Assembly: GCA_964365645.1 (NCBI GenBank)
Contig: CAYIQU010000001.1
Span: 1-26,470, forward strand
DNA: 26,470 nucleotides
Direction of reading: 5' to 3'
Origin: an uncultured Hyphomicrobiales bacterium
Lineage (GTDB): Bacteria > Pseudomonadota > Alphaproteobacteria > Rhodospirillales > 2-12-FULL-67-15
How positions within the stretch are numbered: position 1 is the stretch's first letter; each line of letters opens with the position of its first letter. Shown here piece after piece: positions 16,544-23,810 of this stretch. The notes below the pieces were generated by a model. The model was not told the DNA's origin, searched no databases, and saw only the letters and a program-made list of their open reading frames with translations. The position numbers and the translations under genes are program-made.

Positions 16544-17266
16544 TCAGATGACGCCCGCGAAGAAGCGGCTGCCACGATTGTGCTTGTAGAACGCCTCGGC
16601 ATCGGTGCGCGCCGCGGCCGATTCCGGCGCGGCGGAGCCTTGGTCGAAAGCGATGCGTTCCGGTTTGATGTAATAGACCTGCGGCCGGGTGCCCTTTTCC
16701 GGCTTCAAGGTCACGGTCTTGCCGCCGGCGACCAAGCGGGAGACCTCGCTCTTCGGGTCGTTCACATCGCCGAAGATGCGCGAACGGCCGAGGCAAGTCT
16801 GCACGCACGCCGGCAATTGCCCCTGCGCCACCCGGTGGTCGCAGAACGTGCATTTGTCGACCACGCCGGAGATCTTCACGCGGGTACGACTCTGGGGCAG
16901 GACGAAGCGCGCGTTGTAGGGACAGGCGGCAATGCAGGTCCGGCACGCGATGCACCGCTCATAGCGCTGCAGCACGTAACCTTCCTCGTGCTTGTAGGTC
17001 GCCTCGGTCGGGCAATTGCGAACGCAGGGCGGGTTGTCGCAGTGATTGCACAGACGCGGCATGAAGGCGCGGCGGGTGTTGGGATACGCCCCCGTATCCT
17101 TTACCTTGACGATGGTTCGCCAAGCGCCGAGCGGAACGTCGTATTCCTGTTTGCAGGCCGATACACAAGCCATGCATCCGATGCATCGCCTGAGATCGAT
17201 GACCATGGCCCAACGCTTCTTGCCGGGTACGCCAAAGGACGGCGCGGCCTGGAGTCCAACTGCCAT
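16544..17266 (-). CDS. Four-cluster 4Fe-4S electron-transfer subunit (PsrB/TtrB/NrfC/DmsB family, 240 aa)
   Basis: CIGCMACVSAC, CNHCDNPPCVRNCP, CIACRTCIAACP and CTFC…PACVQTC. Start reassigned to ATG 17266 (GAGGGAG RBS). No Tat signal of its own. Confidence 0.95.
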   Translation of the reverse strand: MAVGLQAAPSFGVPGKKRWAMVIDLRRCIGCMACVSACKQEYDVPLGAWRTIVKVKDTGAYPNTRRAFMPRLCNHCDNPPCVRNCPTEATYKHEEGYVLQRYERCIACRTCIAACPYNARFVLPQSRTRVKISGVVDKCTFCDHRVAQGQLPACVQTCLGRSRIFGDVNDPKSEVSRLVAGGKTVTLKPEKGTRPQVYYIKPERIAFDQGSAAPESAAARTDAEAFYKHNRGSRFFAGVI

Positions 17267-17340
17267 GATAGTTCTCCCTCCTGCGGTTTGTTCAATTTCG
17301 CCGCGTCGATGGCGGCAGCCCCTGTTGCCGCGAGCCGTTC

Positions 17341-17360
17341 GGGTGCGCCGAAGCGCACCC
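17341..17360 (-). other. Perfect 8-bp stem with a C(UUCG)G tetraloop in the predicted 5' UTR
   Basis: The minus strand reads GGGTGCGC-TTCG-GCGCACCC. Confidence 0.6.
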
Positions 17361-17388
17361 CATTCCGGCAGGCGTGCACTGCAGGAAG

Positions 17389-17404
17389 AGCATTTTTCAT
17401 GCCA
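17389..17404 (-). promoter_or_regulatory. Sigma54 (-24/-12) promoter of the molybdoenzyme operon
   Basis: Minus strand TGGCATGAAAAATGCT = GG-N10-GC, close to consensus TGGCAC-N5-TTGC(A/T). It lies ~125 nt upstream of the first start codon, and the operon encodes a GAFTGA activator. Confidence 0.75.
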
Positions 17405-17425
17405 CGTCCGGCCATAGATGGAAGA

Positions 17426-17441
17426 TTTGAGTTCTTTCAAA
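17426..17441. promoter_or_regulatory. TTTGA-N6-TCAAA palindrome (FNR/FixK/Dnr-like box candidate)
   Basis: TTTGAGTTCTTTCAAA. The core TTGA-N6-TCAA is present, but the inner T/A of the FNR consensus TTGAT-N4-ATCAA are not matched. Confidence 0.35.
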
Positions 17442-17491
17442 GGGTCGCGGCATCGCGCCGCCAATGCTGCACTGCGTTTCGGGCATTGGCC

Positions 17492-17507
17492 GTTACCGCT
17501 TCGTAAC
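17492..17507. promoter_or_regulatory. Candidate upstream activator site 1 (GTTAC-N6-GTAAC)
   Basis: Perfect 5-bp arms ~90-100 bp upstream of the -24 box, with a near-copy at 17585-17600. Both copies are followed by ATC. Confidence 0.5.
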
Positions 17508-17584
17508 ATCACGGGAGATTTGGCGTGAATCCATGAAACCGGATGATTCTTATGGATATTTCCGCAGGCAAGTAAATTAGTCAT

Positions 17585-17600
17585 GTTTCAGCGAGGTAAC
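17585..17600. promoter_or_regulatory. Candidate upstream activator site 2 (GTTTC-N6-GTAAC)
   Basis: One-mismatch copy of site 1, 93 bp further upstream, sharing GTAACATC. Confidence 0.4.
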
Positions 17601-17854
17601 ATCGCTCAACACGCGCTCGGCGGCCCCGCCAATTCTCCCTCGCGCATTTTTTTCGATTTGGAATACGTCGACCCACCGACATATCATTCAGGCAAGAATA
17701 CGTAAGAAATCCGTGCTGGCGGTGATCGCCGGGGCATTGCTCGGAACGTCTTTCAGCATCTTTGCCGCTAGCCGCCCCATGCTCTTGCGCGCGAATGCCG
17801 CCGTGCTGGCCTTGCCGGAGCTAAAATGATTCTTGTTTAGGGAGCCTACTTCTT

Positions 17855-18469
17855 ATGTCCACGGACAATACTTCTTTTTCATTGGCGAAATACACCCCAA
17901 CCGAACTGCTTGGTTTCATGGAAAGCAGGCGGTCTTTCAAACCCAAGGTTCTTGGCCCGCCTTATCCGGACCGTCGCTTGATCGAGATTTTTATCGGGGC
18001 CGCCCTGACGGCTCCCGATCACGGCATGTTGAGACCATGGCGGTTTCTCAAGATCGAGGAGTGGGGCAAGGCGAAGCTTGAAAATGCCTTCGAGGCGGCG
18101 GCCCTCGAAGCGGATCCCGGCGCTTCGGAGGAAATGCTCCTGTCCGCCCGCAAGAAGGCTTTCGACTGCCCATGCCTTCTGGCCGCGATCGCCGTGCTCG
18201 ATCCGGAACACCCTCATATCCCGCAGTCCGAGCAGCTCATCGCGGTGGGCGCCGCACTTCATAACCTCCTTCTTGCCGCCCACGCTCACGGCTTTTCGGG
18301 AACGATCCTAAGCGGAAAACGCGTAACATCCCGCGCCCTAAGAGAAGCCCTGGATCTCGCCGAACATGAGCACCTGGTCGGCTTCATTCCGCTGGGCACG
18401 CCCACGGTACCGGCTAAACCAAGGCAGCAAGGGAAGATCGCCGAACACCTCCAGGAATGGCCGCTATAA
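17855..18469 (+). CDS. Nitroreductase-family flavoprotein (YdjA-like)
   Basis: SRRS (FMN phosphate binding), APDHGMLRPWRF, AVGAALHNLLLAAHAHGF and VGFIPLGT. GGGAG upstream. Confidence 0.92.
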   Translation: MSTDNTSFSLAKYTPTELLGFMESRRSFKPKVLGPPYPDRRLIEIFIGAALTAPDHGMLRPWRFLKIEEWGKAKLENAFEAAALEADPGASEEMLLSARKKAFDCPCLLAAIAVLDPEHPHIPQSEQLIAVGAALHNLLLAAHAHGFSGTILSGKRVTSRALREALDLAEHEHLVGFIPLGTPTVPAKPRQQGKIAEHLQEWPL

Positions 18470-18557
18470 TCGCGGCTTTCGATTCAAAGATATTTAAACC
18501 GGATTTATGATGCCCGCTGCCGGACTCAAACCGGCACGGTCCTGATGGGGCCAACGA

Positions 18558-18590
18558 ATTTTAGGCCCGATTTCGAGTTATTGAGATTAA
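18558..18590 (+). repeat. Degenerate 33-bp AT-rich dispersed repeat, copy 2
   Basis: ATTTTAGGCCCGATTTCGAGTTATTGAGATTAA matches 830-862 at 25/33 positions. Confidence 0.45.
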
Positions 18591-18712
18591 AGAACTTAGC
18601 CTCCTACCCTCTTGAAAATAGTATAGTTCGACATAACGCATTTTACCGCCCTATACCGCTGAAAAAATTATGTTCATGAATTCCTCCGACGATTTCTCGG
18701 TCTAACCGGCTG

Positions 18713-19927
18713 CTAGACGGTTTCTCTTTTTTGAATCAGGGCCAGCGCATGCCGAGCGATGACGCTTTCTTCATCCGTCGGCACGATCCAGGCGGACACG
18801 CGCGATCCAGCCTTTGCAATGCGCGAAGCGGCGCGAGCATTGGCGACTTCATCCAAATCGAGACCGAGCCAAGCGGCAGCGCGGCAAATCTCGGCACGCA
18901 CCGGCGCGGCGCGCTCGCCGATGCCGCCGGTAAAGACCAGCGCGTCCAACCCGCCCAGTGCCATCGCCAAGGACCCGATTTCCCGGACCACCCGGTAACA
19001 GAAGAACTCGACCGCTTCCTTCGCCGCCGGCTCGGAACTCTCAAGAAGGATTTTCATGTCCGCGCTGATGCCCGAAACGCCGAGAAGACCTGAGCGGTTG
19101 TAGAGTAGGTCGCGCAGCCCTTCATGATCGAGGCCATGTTCGTTCATTAGATACAGCAGCGCGCCGGGATCGACCGCGCCGCTACGGGTCGCCATTGGCA
19201 CCCCATCGACGGTGGAAAAACCCATGCTCGTCGCCACGCTATGGCCCCCGCGCACGGCGGTAAGACTACAGCCATTGCCCAGATGCGCGATCACTGTCCG
19301 CTCGGGCAAAGACTGGCCCGTCACGCGGGCAAACGCGCCGGTGACGTATTCACAGGAAAGGCCGTGAAAACCGTAGCGGCGCAAACCCTTGTCCTCGTGG
19401 GCGCGCGGCAGGCCCAATCGCCGCGCTATTGCCGGCTGGCCGGCGTGAAAGGCGGTGTCGAAGCAGGCAACCTGGGGAAGATCGGGCTCGGCTGCCGCCA
19501 TCGCCCGGATCGCCGCGATGTTGTGCGGCTGGTGGTGCGGAGCCAAGGGCGCCAGCGCCGCCAAGCGCTCGACGATCGCCGGCGTGACCCGAACAGGCTC
19601 GGTGAACTCGCCCCCGCCGTGGACGACGCGATGCCCGGCCGCAACCAACCGAAAGCCCGGCTCCCAACCGGGAAGATGAACCATGATCGCGGCCAAGGCG
19701 GCGGCGTGATCCGCGCCAGGTCCCGGGATCTTGCCGCGATCGGTCTTCAGCGCCGTTCCGTCCGCCCGCTGCCCGCTCAGAATCGGGTGCGCGCCGATGC
19801 CGGCAACCTGTCCGCGCAAGATCGCTCCACCCTCGCCGCCGTCCGCCGGGTAGACGGCGAACTTGATGCTGGAAGATCCCGCGTTGAGGACCAGAACTGA
19901 GAGCCTCGCTTGTGTCATGGCAGACAT
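18713..19927 (-). CDS. ackA: Acetate kinase
   Basis: VLNAGSSSIKF, GHRVVHGG, PHHQPHN, FDTAFH, RRYGFHGLS, HLGNGCS, ATSMGFSTVDG, TRSGAVDP, VFTGGIGE and TDEE. Confidence 0.95.
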   Translation of the reverse strand: MSAMTQARLSVLVLNAGSSSIKFAVYPADGGEGGAILRGQVAGIGAHPILSGQRADGTALKTDRGKIPGPGADHAAALAAIMVHLPGWEPGFRLVAAGHRVVHGGGEFTEPVRVTPAIVERLAALAPLAPHHQPHNIAAIRAMAAAEPDLPQVACFDTAFHAGQPAIARRLGLPRAHEDKGLRRYGFHGLSCEYVTGAFARVTGQSLPERTVIAHLGNGCSLTAVRGGHSVATSMGFSTVDGVPMATRSGAVDPGALLYLMNEHGLDHEGLRDLLYNRSGLLGVSGISADMKILLESSEPAAKEAVEFFCYRVVREIGSLAMALGGLDALVFTGGIGERAAPVRAEICRAAAWLGLDLDEVANARAASRIAKAGSRVSAWIVPTDEESVIARHALALIQKRETV

Positions 19928-19945
19928 CGATTCAGATGTCCAACT

Positions 19946-21721
19946 TCAAATGTCCAACTGGCGCCTCATGTCAGCGGCGTTAACGCCGGCCACGACGACC
20001 GGTTTCTTCATGGCGTCGCGGCGGAACGGTTCGCCCAGTTCCTGGTTGAGGACGGCCTCGATGAAGGTGGTCGTGCCTTTGGCCTGGGCGGCGCACGCTT
20101 CTTTCAGCACGGCGGTCAGGGCGTCCATGGTCTCGACTCGAACTCCCTTCAAGCCACAGCCTTCCGCCACCTTGGCATAGCTTAGGTTGGGGTTGAGCTC
20201 GGTGCCGACGAAGTTGTTGTCATACCACAGCGTCGTGTTGCGCTTCTCGGCCCCCCACTGGAAATTACGGAAGATCACCATGGTGATCCCGGGCCAGCCC
20301 TTGCGCCCAATGGAGGTCATCTCGTTCATGCTGATGCCGAACGCGCCATCGCCCGAAAAACCCACCACCGGCACGTCGGGGCAGCCGATCTTGGCCCCGA
20401 TGATGGACGGGAAACCGTAGCCGCAGGGACCGAACAGGCCGGGTGCCAGATACTTGCGCCCCCGCTCGAAGGTCGGATACGCGTTGCCGATGGCGCAGTT
20501 ATTACCGATGTCGCTGGAAATGATCGCGTCCTTCGGCAATCCCGCCTGGATCGCCCGCCAAGCCATGCGCGGCGACATGTGACCGGGCTCGCGCTTCCGG
20601 CTGTCCGCGTTCCACGTGGTCCCCGGATCGTCGTCTTCATGATCCATGCTGCTTAGCGTCTGCAGCCAGGCCGACTTCGAACGGTGGATAAGCGCCTTGC
20701 GCTCCTCGCGTCCCACATTCCCGGCCGTCGGCGCCAATTGGCCGAGGATCTGGCGCGCCACCATCTTGGCGTCGCCGCAGATACCCACCGCGACCTTTTT
20801 CGTCATGCCGATGCGGTCGGGGTTGATGTCGACCTGAATGATGGCGGCATTCTTCGGCCAGTAATCGATGCCGTAACCCGGCAGGGTCGAGAACGGATTG
20901 AGCCGCGTGCCCAGCGCCAGCACCACATCGGCTTGCGCGATCAGTTCCATGGCGGCCTTGGAGCCGTTGTAGCCCAGCGGTCCCGCCGCCAGGCGATGGC
21001 TGCCCGGAAAACTGTCATTGTGCTGGTAGCTGCTGCACACCGGCGCGTCCACCCGTTCCGCCAGGACCGCGCATTCACCGATGGCGTCGCCGATAACCAC
21101 CCCGGCCCCCGAAAGGATGACGGGGAACTTTGCCTCCGACAGCATTTGCGCGGCCCGCGTCACCGCCTCGACACCGCCCGCCGGACGTTCCAGGCGCACG
21201 ATCTGCGGCAGGTCGATATCGATTTGATGGGTGAAGAAGTCGCGCGGCACGTTGATCTGCGCCGGCGCTGAGCCGCGCCAAGCCCGCTCGATCACCCGGT
21301 TCAGAACTTCCGCCATGCGCGAGGGATCGCGGACTTCTTCCTGGTAGCACACGCAGTCTTCGAACAGGGACATCTGCGGCATTTCCTGAAAGCCGCCCTG
21401 CCCCATCGTCTTGTTGGCCGCCTGCGGCGTCACTAAAAGCATGGGCGTGTGGTTCCAGTACGCTGTTTTGACGCAGGTCACGAAACCGGTGACCCCCGGC
21501 CCGTTTTGCGCGATGAGCATGGCCATTTTGCCGGTCGTGCGCGTATACCCGTCGGCCATATATCCGCCGTTGTTCTCGTTCGCCACGTCCCAGAACGTGA
21601 TCCCGGCCTTCGGGAACAGGTCGGAAACCGGCATGAACGCCGACCCGATGATCCCAAACGCATGCTCAATCCCATGCATCTGCAGGACCTTCACGAAGGC
21701 CTCTTCCGTTGTCATCTTCAT
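19946..21721 (-). CDS. xsc: Sulfoacetaldehyde acetyltransferase (ThDP-dependent)
   Basis: Characteristic N-terminus MKMTTEEAFVKVLQMHGIEHAFGIIGSAFMP, QNGPGVTGFVT, AYWNHTP, GQGGFQE, SDIGNNC, ThDP motif GDGAFG…N and WGAEKRN. Confidence 0.96.
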   Translation of the reverse strand: MKMTTEEAFVKVLQMHGIEHAFGIIGSAFMPVSDLFPKAGITFWDVANENNGGYMADGYTRTTGKMAMLIAQNGPGVTGFVTCVKTAYWNHTPMLLVTPQAANKTMGQGGFQEMPQMSLFEDCVCYQEEVRDPSRMAEVLNRVIERAWRGSAPAQINVPRDFFTHQIDIDLPQIVRLERPAGGVEAVTRAAQMLSEAKFPVILSGAGVVIGDAIGECAVLAERVDAPVCSSYQHNDSFPGSHRLAAGPLGYNGSKAAMELIAQADVVLALGTRLNPFSTLPGYGIDYWPKNAAIIQVDINPDRIGMTKKVAVGICGDAKMVARQILGQLAPTAGNVGREERKALIHRSKSAWLQTLSSMDHEDDDPGTTWNADSRKREPGHMSPRMAWRAIQAGLPKDAIISSDIGNNCAIGNAYPTFERGRKYLAPGLFGPCGYGFPSIIGAKIGCPDVPVVGFSGDGAFGISMNEMTSIGRKGWPGITMVIFRNFQWGAEKRNTTLWYDNNFVGTELNPNLSYAKVAEGCGLKGVRVETMDALTAVLKEACAAQAKGTTTFIEAVLNQELGEPFRRDAMKKPVVVAGVNAADMRRQLDI

Positions 21722-21788
21722 TGCGTGTGCTCCTATCGGGGGTTACTCGGAGGGCGCCATATCGGTCGCCGATTCAACTCGTCGGTCA

Positions 21789-22667
21789 TCATGCGCGGAC
21801 GCCGAGCGTCTCGATCAGCGCCGGGGCCAGTCCCGAGGGCAAATCGAGGACCCGGACGCCGGCGGATTCTAGAGCGCGGCGCTTCGAGTCATAAGTCCCG
21901 CGCGTGCCCATGACAATGGCGCCGGCGTGGCCCATGCGCTTGCCGGACGGCGCGGCCCGTCCAGCGATGAAGGCAATCACCGGCTTTTTCATGGTCGCGG
22001 CGTATTCGGCGGCAGCTTCCTCGGCGGCGCCACCGATTTCGCCGACCAAGACGACCGCGTCGGTGCCAGGGTCCTTCTCGAAGGTTTCAAGGGCATCACG
22101 GCTGGTGGTGCCGACGATGGCATCCCCACCGATGCCGATAAAGGCCGACTGGCCGAACCCGTCGCGGGTCAGATTGAGGCAAACGAGAGTCCCTAAGCTG
22201 CCGCTACGCGAAATGACGCCGATCCGGCCGGGTTTGAAAACGTTGGTGTTGAAACCGGGCATGATGCCGACAAAGCTCTCGCCCGGCGTCACCAAGCCCG
22301 CCGTGTTGGGGCCGACGACGATCGTGCCCCGGTCGCGGGCGGCGGCCAGCACATACATAACGTCTTGCGCCGGGACATGCTCGGTCAGCATGACCAACAT
22401 CTTGGCTCCGGCATCGATGGCGTCCAGCGCCGCGGCCCGCGCGCCCATGGGCGGCACAAACAGGACCGATACGTCGAAACCGACTCCCTTGGCGGCATCC
22501 TGGGCGGAGGCGAACACCGGGAGATCCAGATGCGTCTCACCCGCCTTCTTGGGGTTGACGCCACCGACGACGCGGGTGCCGCATTCGATCATTTTCTGGG
22601 ACCAAAAAGTCCCTTGCTTGCCAGTGATGCCCTGGACCAGCACACGGTGATTGCGACGGACGATCAT
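21789..22667 (-). CDS. ADP-forming acyl-CoA ligase alpha subunit (SucD-like); probable sulfoacetate-CoA ligase (SauD/SauPQ/SqwKL type)
   Basis: [32 protein letters not shown] and the phospho-His motif MGHAGA. Start reassigned to 22667 (ATGA overlap). Context between sauS and xsc. Confidence 0.85.
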   Translation of the reverse strand: MIVRRNHRVLVQGITGKQGTFWSQKMIECGTRVVGGVNPKKAGETHLDLPVFASAQDAAKGVGFDVSVLFVPPMGARAAALDAIDAGAKMLVMLTEHVPAQDVMYVLAAARDRGTIVVGPNTAGLVTPGESFVGIMPGFNTNVFKPGRIGVISRSGSLGTLVCLNLTRDGFGQSAFIGIGGDAIVGTTSRDALETFEKDPGTDAVVLVGEIGGAAEEAAAEYAATMKKPVIAFIAGRAAPSGKRMGHAGAIVMGTRGTYDSKRRALESAGVRVLDLPSGLAPALIETLGVRA

Positions 22668-23788
22668 CGGGCCGCCTTCACCGCGCTTTTCACCGCATCG
22701 TCCATGGAATCGAAGGGCGTGATGCCCAGCCGGTCCTTGACCAGGCGGACGGCTTCTTCCTCGCCGGTGCCGTGGATCGAGAAAAAGACCGGGATCTTGG
22801 GGCGCAAGTCCTCCCACGCCTTGACCACGCCGTCGGCCATGACGTCGGTGCGGGCGAACGCGCCGCAGAAATTGACCACCAGGCTGCGCACGTTGGGATT
22901 GGCGAGCACCAATTCGAGCGCCGGTTTGGCCTGGGTATAGGCGTCGCCGCCGATTTCGAGAAAGTTGGCCGGCCGGCCGCCGAAGAAACTGACCGCATCC
23001 ATGGTCGTCATCGTCAGCCCGGCGCCGTTGGCGAGAATGCCGATATTGCCGTCCAATTCGATGAACCGAAGCCCAGCGGCGCGACCGCGCGCCTCCAGCG
23101 CCGACAGGGGTTCGGCGATGCCCTGCTTCGCCAGTGCTTCCTGGCGGCCGAGCGCGCCGTCATCCACTGTGAGCTTGCCGTCGAGCGCGACCAGCCGGCC
23201 GTCCCTGGTCAGGGCCAGCGGGTTGATTTCCACCATCTCCGCGTCGCGGGCACGGTAAAAATCGTACAGCGCCGCCAACAGCCCGGCGACGGCGGCGCCC
23301 GCGTTGCCGAGATCGAGTCCGGCGATCATCGCGATTGCATCCTGTTTTGAAAATCCGGCACGGATATTGACTGCGCGACGACGGACGGCGTTGGGATCGC
23401 GGGCGGCGGCTTCCTCGATGTCTATGCCACCTAAGGTCGAGAACAGCACCAGCGGTCCCTTGCTGGCGGGATCGTTGAGCACGGCGGCGTAGAATTCGCG
23501 GGCGATGTCGACGCGTTTTTCGACCAAAAGGCGTTCGACGGTATGGGGCCCAAGCTTCATGCCGAGAATGCGGGCGGCTTCCCTTCCCGCCTGCTCGGGG
23601 GTGTCGGCCAACGCGATGGCGCCGGCCTTGCCACGCTTGCCGGCAGGAACCTGGGCCTTGACCGCGACGGGGCCCAGCGCGCGGGCGGCCTCGGCCGCTT
23701 CCGCGGGTGTCGTAACCAGCCGTCCATCGGGAACAGGGATGCCGGCGGCGGCGAAAGCACCCTTGGCGACGTGTTCTTCGAAATTCAT
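22664..23788 (-). CDS. ADP-forming acyl-CoA ligase beta subunit (SucC-like ATP-grasp); probable sulfoacetate-CoA ligase
   Basis: KAQVPAGKRGKAG, EINPL, ALDGK, NGAGL and NFLEIGG. The SucC loop GGIVRCD is replaced by GAFARTD. Confidence 0.85.
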   Translation of the reverse strand: MNFEEHVAKGAFAAAGIPVPDGRLVTTPAEAAEAARALGPVAVKAQVPAGKRGKAGAIALADTPEQAGREAARILGMKLGPHTVERLLVEKRVDIAREFYAAVLNDPASKGPLVLFSTLGGIDIEEAAARDPNAVRRRAVNIRAGFSKQDAIAMIAGLDLGNAGAAVAGLLAALYDFYRARDAEMVEINPLALTRDGRLVALDGKLTVDDGALGRQEALAKQGIAEPLSALEARGRAAGLRFIELDGNIGILANGAGLTMTTMDAVSFFGGRPANFLEIGGDAYTQAKPALELVLANPNVRSLVVNFCGAFARTDVMADGVVKAWEDLRPKIPVFFSIHGTGEEEAVRLVKDRLGITPFDSMDDAVKSAVKAAR

Positions 23789-23810
23789 GATCTTTGTTCC
23801 GAGGGATCGT

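Noticed and set aside
17267-17584. N-terminal extension of the 4Fe-4S subunit, and the 17101-17415 ORF
   Set aside because: The region contains the promoter and leader hairpin; ATG 17266 has a strong RBS and gives a normal-length subunit.
17713-17829. 38-codon hydrophobic GTG-start ORF (VLAVIAGALLGTSFSIFAA…) upstream of the nitroreductase
   Set aside because: No clear RBS, no recognisable family, and too short to support without ribosome profiling or conservation data.
18518-18536. TGCCGG-N7-CCGGCA hairpin as a terminator between the nitroreductase and ackA
   Set aside because: The stem is only 6 bp and there is no U-tract on either strand.
21789-23788. TCA-cycle succinyl-CoA synthetase sucCD
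   Set aside because: The substrate-loop motifs differ from SucCD and the genes sit between sauS and xsc rather than with sucAB/mdh.
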